Positions 17,806 to 45,001 of a DNA stretch of 64,000 nt are shown piece by piece. Location of the stretch: NCBI GenBank assembly GCA_964106645.2, contig OZ067042.1. One strand, written 5' to 3'. The position numbers were made by a program, and so were the translations under genes. Every line of letters begins with the position of its first letter. Positions within the stretch are counted from its first letter, which is position 1. Below the pieces are notes generated by a model. That model searched no databases and had not been told where the DNA came from. It saw only the letters and a list, made by a program, of their open reading frames with translations. This DNA comes from Podarcis pityusensis. Lineage: Eukaryota.

Positions 17806-20800
17806 CGCCTCAGCCAGCCCCGGAAAACCGAAGCGCTCGGCCGGCCGGAAAAGGAAAGGAGGAGGCCTGAGCAGGTGCCCGCGACGCCCTCTGGCGGAGG
17901 AAGAGCCGGCCCGGATGCCGCCTCGGTTTGTGCTGAAGGAAAGAGAGAGAAAGGAAGAAAAGTGTGTCGGGCTATATTGAACATGGTGTGTTCTCTCTCC
18001 GGAGCTGCTTCGCGGAGGAGAGCGATAGGGTCGCGCAGCCTCAAAGCGCCCGCTCCCAGAGTTGCCCTGGGCACCCTTACTCCGAAGTAAATCCCACCAC
18101 GTTCAGCACGGCTTACTCCCCAGCAAGTGTGTTCAGGATTGCGGAGCGTGAATCCAGTTGGGTTTACACTGTTCCCGCGATTGTTAGCAAGATCCTGTCA
18201 GTAAATGAATCCAGACCCGACAGACAACGGCCGATCGCCCGCCCCCATAAAAAAAATAAAAATAATATTTGTATATATTTAGCGCTCCTCTGATACAAGG
18301 AAGCAGGTTTCTAGGCCAGGAAGCAGCGCAGAGCTGAAACCCCGCTGAAGCGTCTGGAGTACCCAAAGTCTGCAGGCTAGGAAATGAGGCAGCCCCCCCT
18401 CCCCAAAGGCGCTTAAAGCCGCGAGGGGTAATAAGCAGCCCTCGAGGTATCGGACTGCACTCCCCGCAAGCGCAGCCGCCATGGCCGATAGTCAGGGGTT
18501 ATAGGAGTCCTGCAATATGGGGCGTGTTGTGTGCTCACGGCCCCCATCCCTCCTCAAAACTACCTAGCTGGCAGGGAGCCGGTTCGTAAACGGAATGTGG
18601 GGTTCGATGCAACAGTGTGACCCACGTTCAGAACCCGCAGGTAGGCCAGGAGGATGGCAAGAGGGAGAATGTGGCATTGGAAGGGTCCCTGTTTGTTGTG
18701 GGTCCCTGCCTGCTTCAAGCTCACCTTCCTTAGTTTGCAACTGATTCGCTTAGGGCGCATACGGGGGAGGGGGTTCTCCCCTCAATACTTCCAGGCCAGC
18801 AAGCAGAGCTGCGTCAACCACAGGCCCTGGTGCATCCAAGTGACAGTCAAGACCCAAACATTGCCCTAACCAATTGTTTCTCTCTCCTTCCCTAACTACG
18901 CCACTGGAACTGAGCAGTACCACTGCTGCTAAAGTGACGGCAGAGAAGTGAAAGCCCTGCCCTAACCCAACTGCTTTTTGCAGTCAAGGCACCCATTAGA
19001 CGTCAAATATTGATCTGCAATTTCTATACTGTCCAGGTGAAAAATGGACAAGTGGCAAACACATTTCACTCTCTGCATTACCCATTGATAAGAGAGGAAA
19101 AAAAACCAAGTGAGCATGCACCTCATTGAGCAGAAACTTATTCAGGTTGTTAACATAACCCTAAGGAGTTTAACTCACAATTCCCTCTGAATGGGAGTGG
19201 AAGGAATCACTAATAGGTAAAAAGGTAAAGGACCTCTGGACAGTTAAGTGCAGTCAAAGGCAACAATAGGTAGGGTTGCCAGGACACCCCAAAAGTTGTT
19301 GAGCTTTTTTTTAAACGAAAACACCTATTTGTCTAAGATCCAGGACAAAGTGCCAAGTGCCGCCTTTTGGTAATTCCCCCCCCCCCCCCCAGATGTCAAT
19401 TCTTCCATTTAAATCCCACTCCTAACTAACCATATCTGCTGAGAAGTGCCACTGATTTCATTGGGGCTTACTCCCAGGTAAGTGGGGTTAGGATTGCAGC
19501 CTTTGAGCAAGTGTGCACCTGTAATAACATTGAGTTCAGGAAAGCATGATGCATTACAATTTCCAAGAGCATGCATATTTATATGATTACTTAAACAAGG
19601 AAAGGGTCAGGAAGTAATTCTGACAACCCTAAACATTTTTACTCAGAAGTAGCTCCCAATGTGTTCAGTGGGACTCAATCCTTAGGATGTTTAGGTTTGC
19701 ATTATGAGTACCCTATTGTTCCAGCCCTACTTGGAAATAAGCCCACTTTAAAAACCAGTGGAACTAACTTCTGAGTAAACATGTATAGAATAGGTCTGTT
19801 GGTCAAATGTGCATTAAATAGTATCATCAATAGCCCTGTACACTGGATATTGTGTCTCATGCACGCAATGTGCTCGAGAGGTTTAAATCCAGCTATCAAT
19901 TGATACAAGCCAGAATTCACATTTTGTTTATGTGAATTCACAAATGTTCTCTGTTATCCAAGAGTCACACATAAATGAGGAGTCTTTCTGCAATAGCCAT
20001 GACCACCCTGGCAATAACCAGGCTCAAATTCTGCATGGTAACTCTGAGGCATTGAAGCCAATGGGTCATTCCCATTGTGAACAATGAAGAGTTTCCACTG
20101 ATAATACTCCTGCTGGCTTATCCAGGTCTGTGTTTGAAGCAAAAGTAACGTAAATCACAGGTCCTAAATATATATTGTAGCTTATGATGAGAAATTAGAG
20201 TCAAAGAATTTGGACTAGCAGCTTGATGAAACACTCTTTACTCACTTTTAACATTTCACCTTGTTCATTCATGGCACTGGGGAAGGTGGAAACTTGGATC
20301 ACAAAACACCATTACTAGTTTTGAAAAACAAAACTTTCCAGAGCTTGACCAAGTAGAATCCAATTGTCTTATAAGATTAAGTGCTTTAAGGGATAGAATA
20401 ATCTATTAGAGAATGTTTGATTCCGAATCAATGCAGCAGCAGTAAAGCAGAATGTATCCTTCCATTAGAAGCATTACTGCTCATTCTGCACACCAGGACA
20501 GGTAGTGGTACTTGTCTTCAGGCCAAACACCCTCAAGCAAGAAAGAACCGCTTAACACTTAATTGATATAAAATCACAATAGTCTTTTCCTGTTGGGATT
20601 TTTTGGTTGGTATTATCAACTGAAGTTGATCTGGGACTGCTGCTGGCATTCTTTACCAAAACACAAAGGAAATACCTATGGCACTTGCTACCTATTGAGT
20701 CTGACAGGCTCAGCTTTCTTTTTTTACAGATATATTGAGTTAAGACTATTGCTATGCATAATCTAAGTGATACAGAATTGTAAACCCTTTCTCAGCATTT

Positions 20801-23800
20801 ATGTTGCAGCTGTGCTTTTAAAGCACTTTGCATACATAATTTTGGTAAATGTCAATTTCAAAACGACCACCCTGAAATCACTTTTTATCTTCAAACTAAT
20901 GAGAACAGGCAGTTCACCACAACCAGATAAGCATGAAAGTTTTAATTTTTAAAAAATACAAGTTCCAATCTCATTACTTCTGAGCATTTCCTAATTTTGT
21001 TAAAGAATCCACACTGCTTGCCGTTCAACTTTAATTTTCCTTGTAGGATTAAAAAGAAACAACACAAAATGAATTATTAGTATTAGATTGTAATGTGAAA
21101 AGTCAAAATCGACAAAGACACCAATAAAAGAGGAACAAGATAAAAATGTATCCATTACAATTTATTTTCTACAATACTTCATTAGAGGGTAAAGTTCAAT
21201 GATTTACACCCAGAAGTTATATAGCTAGGAGGCAACCAAGTGTAATAACAAAGAATTGGTCTGACATCTCTGCATTGAAGGTCAAAAGAAATTCCTTGCT
21301 TTTAAAGGAAAAACTAAAGAAAAATAACAACCCCAAAATGTCACTCATTTTGGTGCTAGAAATCAAACAAAACAGTACTCAGTCAATGAAGACTGCAATG
21401 TTAACAATGAATCGGGGGAAACAATTATGTGCAAAACTTAAAATTTTGGTTGAAATGTACAGATTACTTCGCCTTTATGGTCTTCAGATGCAGTTTTCTG
21501 CTGATCTGATATTCTGACCATAAAATCTTTCTGACCAAAATGCCTCTATCAAGATAGGCTCGTTGTCATTATGAAAAGGGGGGGGGGGGGAACAGTGAGA
21601 CTCCAGTGATCAAAGACATTATCTGCTGGAGAGAGAAAACAAAAACAAAAACCATACACTAAAGATACACGGCTGCAGCAAGGAAGATTCCCAACTACAG
21701 TTGTCTTGAAATAAACCCATCTAGACCAAAAGGCACTTGCTTGTAGCTAAGGATGAGCCAGTTCCCAATCAGACCAGAAGACTATTGCTAAGGTCTTTAT
21801 ACAATCCTGCTACTCACTAATCAGCTGAAAAATACAACTGGTTACGGCTCCAGAACAGGCGGTTCTCTTTTTAGCTTTTTTGTTGGTTCCCACATCACTC
21901 AAATATCAGTGTTGGCTCATCTTGGTGCATTACTGCTATGTATGAGCCAGAGATAGTGTCATCTTCTGCAGACGACTTATTCTACCCCCATACATTTTGC
22001 AGGAATGACACAACTAACACACTTGTTCAAAGATACTGTAACTGAACTCCATGATGAGACCAATGCTGAATGTACCCATTTCTCAGGTCTATTTCGTGCT
22101 TCATGGCCTGCTTGCTGTTCCACTTAGTACAAGAAAACACCACAATCCAACTTTAACAGAGGCATTTCCATTTATACAGACTAGGTGGTTGGATGGAAAT
22201 AAGGGCAGGGAATGAGGCCACCTCTCATTCCAAAACCAATTTAGCTTACTTCAGTGAAATGGTTAAATTAAACCAAGTAGGTCAAGTCACTCCTAAAAGT
22301 CTGTTCTTTAAAATGGCAACTAAGGTCCCCACCTGGCTCCTGAACTCCCACACCCATTAAAATGAAACCAAATAATTAACACTATACACTGTTGAAGACA
22401 CGTAACAGGGCAAACATTTTTTTTAAAAAAAAGCAATATTGAATAGCCTGGCACTATATGCCTGCATGACCAGTCTCACCGAATGTGCTCAGGGGTGAAA
22501 GATTAGCACCATTTTTTTTCCTTTTTGCTTTTAAAAAAATCTTTACAATTTAAATTCTAAAGTAGAACACTTGAATAGTAATTAGTGTAGCCCTATGTTT
22601 CAATACTGTCTGAGAGCAGAGATGGATGGCATGACCACAGCTGAACTCTCCTCTCCCATCTACAATCTCCCATCAGTCCAGGGCACCTGGAACATTGACT
22701 ACAAATCACTCTAATTTGTAAGAAGACTGATTTATTCTCAGTAGCAGGAAATCATGAAACAGTCCCTTCACATTCAAACACATTTCATCATCATTAGAAG
22801 GGAAAAAAGTGGTAATCCATACAAATGATCTGATACAAAACCAAAGCTGGGGCAGTACTGCAGATATCTGGAATATGAGCTCCTCTCTCTCTCATTCCCA
22901 CCCATAACCATCTAGATATGTGTTCATTGACAAGCAAAATTTCCAGGTTAGGTTTTCTTCTGAGACAGGAGGAATAGTGGTAGAAAAATAAGTAATTTGG
23001 AGGCTTCCTAGATTCTCTGAACAGTCCTTTTGCCAGGAAGATAATATGATTGCCCTCTTCTAGCCAGCAGTTCACTTTGATGAAACCAAGCCAGATACTG
23101 GCAAATATTGCTCACCAGTTCATATGGGCTATTCATGTCTACCTCTCCAGTAATCCAACATCTATTCAGTCTGCCTTTGAGGCTTTGCTTCAAGATAGAA
23201 GGCATTAATCTCCCTTCACCCTCCCCACCAGGGCAATGTTCATTCACCAAGAATCTGGAAACTTGCATCCCACAGTAAAAGATAATTCCCAGATAATTCC
23301 TGGCTTCCAATAAGCCTTCCATAAAAGCTACTGTCCTTACACATACTGCATATAAGGTATCAAATTCTCATAATGCTGTGCTCTCCACCTGTATTTTTTT
23401 TAATCTATCAATGCTGATTACCAAGATTTCCACAAGTCCTGCACTACCATTTTATAGTCCCTGTGGATTCATTTAAGAATGCCTGCATTCATGATAACAC
23501 ACATAGTGACTCACACAGGAGAATTAGGATAGTTGAATGGGAAAAAAGAGCTTTCCAGTTATGATTTGATGTACCGGCTATTCAGCAACAATAGGAAGGG
23601 CAATTTTAAAATCCACAGGATAGTTAAACATGGTTGTGAGTTAACTTTGCGGGGGTGGGTTGGGGAGGTATGGGTTGAAAATATTCCTTAGGTTCCAGTT
23701 CTAAGTACACTTATCTGGAGGCTATATACTTTTAAATCAATCTGAATGACTTCCAATTATATGTATCTAGTATTGAAGCACCAGTGCAGCGATGGCACTT

Positions 23801-24836
23801 ATATTAGATAACCACTTAAAGGCTAACATTTACTGTGTATTTCATTACCTGGATATCAGGGTCATGCTAAATAAAACTGCTGCCAGTTAAACACAGGTCC
23901 CATGGAGTGTTTCCTATACACAATTTTCACGTCCTTTTTGAATTGCTTTAACGATGGCTTTGTGGGGAATAATATCAGCCCCAATCCAACAGCAGACCAT
24001 GCTGCTTGTATTTCAAGTTAGAAACCCAGGGAAAAACCCCAAAGGAGAGGGAGATTGTACTTCCAGGAGACAAGGAAACGCAAGCTACTCCCAAACATAA
24101 CCCAGAGCAGTTCACCTTCATTTATGCATTACTGTCCTATCTAGTGGGCTACTTTCCTTCTTTGTCAAAACCAAGAGCAGCTAGATGTGAGAACTGAACC
24201 CTCCTGGATTTGTGCACGCAGTAAATTTCATCTGCAGTAAATTTTGTTTCCCCTTTCAATTGCCATCTTCTGCGAAGAGGAGGAGGGAGGAATCTCTGCT
24301 GACATACATCCTTGTAACGCGTCACGTCATCTGCTTGCCTGGGGTGTATAAGGACTAATCAGCTCATGGTAGATAAATATCAGAGGTTAAAAAAATTAAA
24401 AATAACCTAAAAATATGTTGTTGTACTCCGTTGCCCAGACTGCCAGGAGAACTCTCCTACTTAATCAAGGGGGCTGTCACAATTAACAATTCAAATGAGC
24501 ACAGTGCAATTTAACACACAGAGCAATCTGAAGCGGTACTGCCGTTCCTCAAGGTTCTCTCTACCCAACTGCAACTGTTAGTCTTGGAGCCTCAGTCCAA
24601 CTGAACCCTCATTCTGAAGGAAGGATGAGGAAAGGCATGGGCCCCTGAAGTTCAGTTGCACTCACTGGTATCCCCCATCCCTCAGTCAGCTGGAAGGCAG
24701 ACTTGGCAACGGAAGCTAGCATCATAAAATGGTGCAGTAATAGAAGTAACTGGACCAGGAAGAGGAGGCATCTGCCCCAATGATGTCATAGCCGTTAGTG
24801 GTAGCTGGGGGGCGGGACTGGTCATGCAGCCTTGTG

Positions 24837-37732
<12,896 letters not shown>

Positions 37733-40700
37733 TCAGCACTTGCTGTCTGGAGTACTGTAGAACCCTGGCAAAACACACAATATGCAACATATAGCATTAT
37801 ACTTAAAGAAAAGCAAATTATAAGGATGTATTTTTTCCACAGTAAGAAAACTACACCTCTCACATTAAAAACCCGAGTTCCATAAGAAAGCTCACATATG
37901 ATTGCACAAGACTGGAAAACTAAATAGAAAGCAGACCGATGCGCACAGTTATGAAGACATTTTTTACAAAGGTCATGTAGACTTTATTTATGAAAAGGAA
38001 CATTACCGTGAAGTTTGCATGAGCAACATGTGATCCAAAAGTTAAATGTAACTGCAGACCATTTGCGTATTTTAGTACCTCATACAGCAATAGGAATGGA
38101 GAGTAGTCCTCAACCTGGACTATCTTTGCATTAAGGCAGAATGCTGCTAGATAAACCCAAGAAAAACATTCCACATGTGCTCAGTGACATCATCACACAT
38201 ACAATTGGTTGAACGGCCACAGTGCTACAAAGTGCTCACTGTATGCTTGCAATTTTAGTTTGCTTTCAACCTAGGGTTTCAGTTCACTTGCAAAATACTA
38301 TGTCCAAGAAGGCCTAAGGCACAGGGAACTGTGAAGTCTTCCAGATATTGAAAATATTCAGTTTAACAAACTTGGCCTTTTGCTAGAACAAAGGCTGCAG
38401 CCATTTCACTATCTTCTAGATGTGCAATCTTATAACTTAGAGGCTATTCTTTCTATCCATCCCTTGCTCACACCTGTCTCGGGAAAATCTGATCAGCAGT
38501 GATAGTACAAGCTAGCCCCTATACCCACCAGCAGGAGACAGGTATATACTGGGGCAAAAAGAGTAGGAGAAAGCTCCCAGTGTCATAAATACTTTGGAGG
38601 AAGAAGGCAGTATGCCAATCACCTCTCCTATGCTAGTTATTAGCCTGGTAGAGTCAAGAGGGCGAGTCTTCCTTTCTTGGACATTCCCATATGCAGGTCT
38701 ACTGCTGCCACCCTTTCTTAGGAATTAGTGCAATTTGCCCATTATCACTGAAATACAAATAACCACCAAGGAGTTTGATCAAAGATCCCTCTAACAAAAC
38801 ACAGATTACAGATAGAAATGAGACCTTCAGCCTTAGATTTTGAACTTTCTTGCATGTTACTATCTTAAATTCAAATTAAAAACTGAACAGGACAATTTTC
38901 TCTGTTGAGTGTAGGCCTCAGTCTTCTTTACATAAAGAGAATGTTGAAACCAATGCCCTTGTATTGGTTTGGGGCTGAAAAGTGTTAGTTATAAATGGAA
39001 GGTTATACAATGGCTATGAAAAAGGAGGGAGAATTCTACAATTGTGGCTGCACCTGTGTCAATGGCCTAGTTAGCATGCTGGCCAGAACTGCAAAACAAA
39101 CCTAGGCACATTTACTCAGAAGTCAATCCAAGGCATGCACAGAATGTATGATATTTGCAAGGGATTTTATAAGAAAATTATTATTCCATATGTGCAAATG
39201 GTCAGAAAGCAAATGTAGATGAAACTGGCTGGTGCATTTCAGATGCTAACATTTTGTAAATACCAGCAAAGAGAAAGAAACAATTTAACAATGAATCACC
39301 TATTCAGTTCTTTTTTTATCCAACAATTAACTCGCCATCCTATCCCCACCCGACTACAGTCACCTCAGCATATGGAAAAAGGGTTTTATAGGCAGCGATT
39401 TCTTGTAACATTACATCAAATAATTTTATTGCTTTGCTAATTATTGGGTTGAACACCCTATTTCATCTCAGTTTGAGCTCTGTTACTGAAACAGGGCTGC
39501 AAAATATACAGGATATTATCTAACCTTGGCATCACTTTGGAACTGGGTTGCAATTGTAAAAAACACACCAAGCTTAGGGGTTGGGGCGGGGTGCAGAAAG
39601 AATACAGTAACATTGGAGGTTGTAAGGTGGGTAAAGCTCTCCCCTTTCATATGCTTTTTGGTAATACCAGTCACCAGTATTCGCAGCATCATTGTGCTGT
39701 AAGTTTCAACATATTATGCTTGAGATAATACTTACTGAAAGCAGAAACCTTGTATTGCCAAGGGGGGAGATGGACAAGTGGAAGGGGAAGCTATTTTATA
39801 TCTGGAATGAATTTTCTTTTCTCACGGCCCATTCCTGTTCCCCAAATCTGGAAAAAAAAACATTCAGGAAAAAAGGGCTATAAAATAATATCTAGGCAAA
39901 ATTAAACACTGAATTAAGACTGAATCAAAATTAAACACTGAATCAGCTACTAGACTTGCACTACCTCACTACTACTACGACTTGCACTACTAGACTTGCA
40001 CTACCTAAATGCACTACCTCATTGCTAGTGAAATAGATGGAAAGAGGCATACTAGGTTAACACAGTGTACGAGACACAAAGTAAATGTGGGCTTTTCTAT
40101 CTTTTCTGTTCTTGACCCAACGTCCATCTTACTCCTACTATGACATGCACTCAGAGAAACTACTGCTATGAAACCATTGAAAGACAATGTTACTGTATTT
40201 CCTTATGGAGTGGGGGAACTTTTGTGCAGATAGTGTACAAAAGATAGTGAAAGAAGCAAAATGAAAGAGCTAATACAGGAAGAAATACCCTAGAAGTATT
40301 AGGTGCAGGGTGCTTGGGCCTTATTTATTAAAATATTTATATACTGCCTTTGGCAGAGGCATCTCAAGGAGATGTACAACAATATAAAATATTATACAAA
40401 TGCAATCAAAATCATTAAAATACTTTCAGACAGACAATAAGAATATCCTTATAGAATCTTATAATGGCTGGCATCAGTAGCCAGCAAATGTCATGATAAG
40501 CAAAGTTTTCAGCACGTGCCAGAACTGCTTTATTGTTGGCATGTGCCTTATTTTGGGATGGGGGTGATGGGGAGAGACCATTTCATAGCGTGTGGCACTA
40601 CAGAAAACATACACTTCCAAATGGATGCATGTTGGCATAACCTCACCAGACATGTACTGTCATCTTAGCTCACTTAGTTTAAGACCACACTGACACTGGG

Positions 40701-41199
40701 ATAGAATACACCAGCATGGCTAATTATCTCCTCTAGCACATCAGCCACACTTGCAGAGAAGATAAAACAGGAAGACACAGCAAAGGATAGACACACTTAT
40801 TGGAGTAGTCGATGGGGGCAAAACCAGCAGTCGAATGTCTTACGGAAATAGTTTCAGAAAACCATCAGAGCAAGCATATATATTCCAAAATGCACTTTAC
40901 ATCCTAATTCCTAATAATTTACTTCCTAATTCCAATGAACTTTACTTCCTAATTAAGACCACAATCCTACGCTTCCTTATCTGGAAGCAAAAACCCAGCT
41001 GGACACAACAGGATGGTACAAATACACAGGACCTTATGGCAAAGGAATATAAAAGACTACAGCCTGCAATCCTAAAAGACACGCTAGGCACCAAGTCCCA
41101 CTGAACTGAAACGGAGCTTATAGCTGAGTAAACCTGTTTAGGAGCGAAGAGACGACCTACGTGACTGTACTGAATGCAAGAGGAGGACGTGACTAGCCC

Positions 41200-42520
41200 T
41201 GTTCCACAAGCATTTCCGCCGCCGTAACAAGGTATTATATTATGTCTCATTTATCCTCAAAACAGATGTACAAGGATAGCCGGGCTTGCCCAAGGCTACC
41301 CAGGCGGGTGAACCGAGAATTTGAACCGGGTCCAAAGCCCCGGTCTGTAGCCGCTGCACCACGCCGGGAGTCGGCGAATAAGTAGGTTGAAGGGCCCCGT
41401 GCACGAGCGTGGGGAAAGCAACAAAGCGGGGGGCGGGGGGGAGGCTGCCGAGCAGGACGCGAGGAAGAGGAAGATGCGGGAGGGGGGAGAGATAAGAGGG
41501 ACGCCCCACAGTCCAGACCTGAAGAGACAAGGAGCGAGAGCGGCGCAAAGGAGGTTGAAGCCCGGGGGGGGGGGTTGAGGGGAATGTGAGGTGAGCCCGC
41601 AAGGGGGGGGGTAATATCTGAGCAGCCCCCCCCCGCGGCGAGGACGTGAGAGCCCCCACCTTCTCTCTGCCCGGAGCGGAGACGGCTCCCTTTCCCAGTT
41701 CGCCGTTTCAGCCCAACCAACGCCGCCGCCACCAGCGCTGCCGCCGCCGCCGCTCCTGCTCTTGCCTCCCCGCCGCCGCCACCAGCGCCGCCGCCGCCGC
41801 CACCACCTCGACTGCCCCGCGCTTCATGGAGCCATGGGCCGAGGCGGGCGAGAGCCGGAGAAGTGGACCCAGCGGGGCAGGGGAGGACGAGGCGGCCCGG
41901 GGGCGGGGGGAGGGGAAGGGGGGAAACCGCACAGCGAAATCGGAAGAGGAATCCCGGGCTCGCCGCCGGCTACACAGAGAGAGCTGAAGCAAGGCGGCAC
42001 AGAGCGCAGGTCCTCCACTATCCCGGCGGCCCCTTCGCCGAGTGTGAGGTAATGGGGGAGGAATGTGCACGCCGATCCGCCAGCCTCCCGTCCGGCCCCG
42101 CGAGGAGCATAGACGCAGCGGGGAGCGCCTCCTACAAAGAAACCATAGATCCTCGGGAGCAGAGGGACTTCCGCCCGCCGACGCCTGATCCGTTGGAGGG
42201 GGGGAGGGTCATGTGAGACCGTGAAGGCGCGAAAGAGACCAATGGAAATAGAAGCCGCCTCTCTTTCCTCCCTGCCCCCGTCTTCTGAGCGGCGGGGGGG
42301 GGGGGGAGGTCTGAATAGGTCACGTGACTCAACGTGCCGCCTCCCCCCCCCCCCCAAATCGGGTTATTTAGACGGAGAAGGAAGCTCGAGGCACAGGGAG
42401 CGCTATCATTCGCTTCAGAAACGCGATGTCTTTCTCCATGGGTTAGAAATGTCGCTTGAGTTCTGTTGTTTATAGCGGCGGTTCCGTGTACTTCTGACGC
42501 CCAAACGCCTTGAGTCAGGA
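41200..42520. promoter_or_regulatory. CpG-island promoter and non-coding first exon of AMMECR1L
   Basis: Very GC- and CpG-rich with (GCC)n runs. Candidate minus-strand donor GAAG|GTGGGG at 41660/41659, CCAAT at 42239-42243, palindromic E-box GTCACGTGAC at 42319-42328. Confidence 0.75.
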
Positions 42521-42744
42521 GGAGGTTCAGTTGAGGTCAAGGGGAATTGGTCTCCAGCAATTGTGCTTACAACTGCAGCCTGAATAGGCACTCCAGTGCG
42601 GTGCATGTGGTTGTCTGCTGCAGGCAGAAATATCTCCACACACACAAAGATATTTTTAGCAGCTTAAAGGCCAAAGGATTTATCGATTGATTTACTGTAT
42701 TTGTAAACAAACAGCCAAGGCAGCTCACACTAAGAATTAAAAGA

Positions 42745-42840
42745 ATCATAGAAATGTAGGGTTGGAAGGAATCCCGAGGATCATCTAGTTCACTCCCTGC
42801 AATGCATGAATCTCAACTAGATCATACATGACAGATGGCT
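42745..42840 (-). mobile_element. CR1 LINE 3' end fragment
   Basis: GAATCATAGAAATGTAGGGTTGGAAGGAATCCCGAGGATCATCTAGT..., the same 3' end as at 2920. Similar short fragments near 32910 and 62790. Confidence 0.7.
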
Positions 42841-42841
42841 A

Positions 42842-43080
42842 GGTAAAGGGACCCCTGACCATTAGGTCCAGTCATTGATGACTCTGGGGTTGCAGCGCTC
42901 ATCTCGCTCTATAGGCCGAGGGAGCTGACGTTTGTCCGGGCCATGTGGCCAGCATGACTAAGCCGCTTCTGGTGAACCAGAGCAGCGCATGGAATCGCCG
43001 ATTACCTTCCTACCAGAGCGGTACCTATTTATCTATTTGCACTTGACGTGCTTTCGAACTGCTAGGTTGGAAGGAGCTGC
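42842..43080 (-). mobile_element. Sauria SINE, 5'-truncated
   Basis: GGTAAAGGGACCCCTGACCATTAGGTCCAGTC...ATGTGGCCAGCATGACTAAGCCGCTTCTGG...GCTTTCGAACTGCTAGG; collinear with the copy at 57644-57966. Confidence 0.85.
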
Positions 43081-43399
43081 AGGCCTTACGCACTTGCATT
43101 TTGGTAGTAATCATCCTGAACTCTGGGGATACTTAACTTGGTTACCACCCCACACTGCTGATGGAATATGTCTGTTAGAAAGAAATGCAAGTAATTGCAA
43201 AATCTGTTATTAAAATCTGGATAATGTGGGCATGGGGGGAGAAAGGAAAGCATGCCAAGGGCTGCACAAGTCAAGTGGATTGTCTCTAAATGAATTACCT
43301 ATGTGGTCCCAAGTAACAGCAGCATGAAGTTTGCAACCCTATGCAACTCACTCTTGTCAACCATGTCTGCTCCTTCCACAGTGAGGTGTGGCAGCCCAG

Positions 43400-44000
43400 C
43401 ACTATCCTTGCCCTTGGATAGCCTTTTGTGCATGACAATATAGAGAATAGCACGGGCCATCACAACTTTGGATACCTTCTCAGGAGAGTGGGTCACATTG
43501 CCCTACCATGTGATGCAGGCCATGGAATCACATCTTCAGTGTCCCCAATGACTATTTGAATAAAGGGCTTCACTGAGTACCCATGGGTATTCAGCTGTGT
43601 GCCTGGGGAAGTAAAAGGGTTATCAATGGCCTCTCGTGTCTGGATGTTGCTATGTGTTAATCCATCTCACACATCTACCCAAAAGCCCCCTGTGGTCCTC
43701 CAGCAGATGTAGCTGGTTAGAAACTAAGAATCTAGAAGTTAGGAACATTTTCTGGCATTGTGGCATTCATGAGATGGACACTGGGTATTGCATATCACCA
43801 TCATGTAGATAGCGTAGACAGAAGCCAACAGTTTCATAGAACACATATCTAATTTTGCACGCTCTACCTCACAGAAGCCTGGCAGTGCAGCCTCATGGGA
43901 CACAGGGTGGACTGACTACTCATGCCACATTCCATTGGAAATGCCCTATTACTGGGTAATGCAAGTCCAGGAGGACATTCTTGATACCATTAGTATGGAG
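43400..44000 (-). mobile_element. PIF/Harbinger transposase fossil
   Basis: Collinear decayed minus-strand motifs GMWHE (cf. GSVHD), GDMQYP...MP (cf. GDSGYP...LMTP), IQTREAID (cf. HxxTRxxIE), LGTLKM*FHGL (cf. FGxLKxRFRCL) and HSPEKVSKVVMARAILY (cf. YSPEKxxxIIxACCVLH). Stops and frameshifts present; boundaries approximate. Confidence 0.6.
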
Positions 44001-44995
44001 CAGACCCGATAGGTTGGAAATGGACATGGTGGTGCCATGTTAAGAGAAGCAGAGAAAGGAGTTGGCAGTGCCTAAGAGGCTGACCAGCTGCAGATCCCCT
44101 CCCCCAAAGTCATCGAACCCTGGAGGTGGCTTTGCTCAGCACTCCTGGAAAGGTGTAAAAAAGGTGTGCTTGGCAATGCTCCAGTGCAATGAGCTTGTGA
44201 ACCATCCCTGGTATAAGTTGCCTTTCTTTATACAGGCATGCTACTCCTCCAGGGTCCATCAACTGTTGTGGCTACCCTCCCACTGACTGCCTAGCCAGGC
44301 CCCTTCCCCCAGATTTTGGAGCACCACTGTCCTGATCTCCAGAAACATCCCCTTGCCCCCGCTGCTACTATTTGGATATGGGCTTCAAGGGAAATTGAAG
44401 AATTTGAGGAGCTTGTAGTCAAGGGGCAATCTACACTTGAGTGAACCTCCCCCTGGCCTGCCTTATCTTTGCACTAGCAGGCTTGCTCTGACCCACTGGC
44501 TTTTGCTAATGGTAGCTCATCTCATTCTGCCTTAGTATGGGTGGGTGCTCTATTGGGTGCCTGGCCAGCAGTGTGCATGGTGGGTGATATTGTACCTGCT
44601 CGGAGCTGCATCTAGACTGGCTGCTCCAAGTGGGATTGCTATGGATGTGTGTGCCTTTGCACTCCTCCCACTGCAGTTGTTTTCTTTTGGCTGGTAGTGG
44701 CCCCTTCCACTGAATGGAATTTGTACGTGCTGGATTTTGCCATTGTTATATCCTATATGGATATATGGTACTAAGAGAACTGATAGCAGCTTATTACAGA
44801 AATAGCAAATGTAGATGAAAATATGTTTAACCTAGATTGCTAAAAGTGTAATTGTTGTCCATATTACCATCTGTTCTTTTTAAATGTCCTGAACAAAAGC
44901 AGCTACTTCCCTATAGTTCTTATCTGGCTTTTCTTTGCTGGGATCTGTAGCACAAAATTAGATGCACCTGTTATTATACAAAATCCTCCAAATCC

Positions 44996-45001
44996 TTTAT
45001 T
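44996..45001 (-). terminator. Probable SAP130 polyadenylation signal (AATAAA)
   Basis: TTTATT on the + strand about 715 nt downstream of the SAP130 stop. Confidence 0.6.

Noticed and set aside
41240-42475. Many overlapping 100-177 aa ORFs on both strands
   Set aside because: Expected stop-codon depletion in a GC-rich CpG island; low-complexity Arg/Pro/Gly/Ala translations with no recognisable domain.
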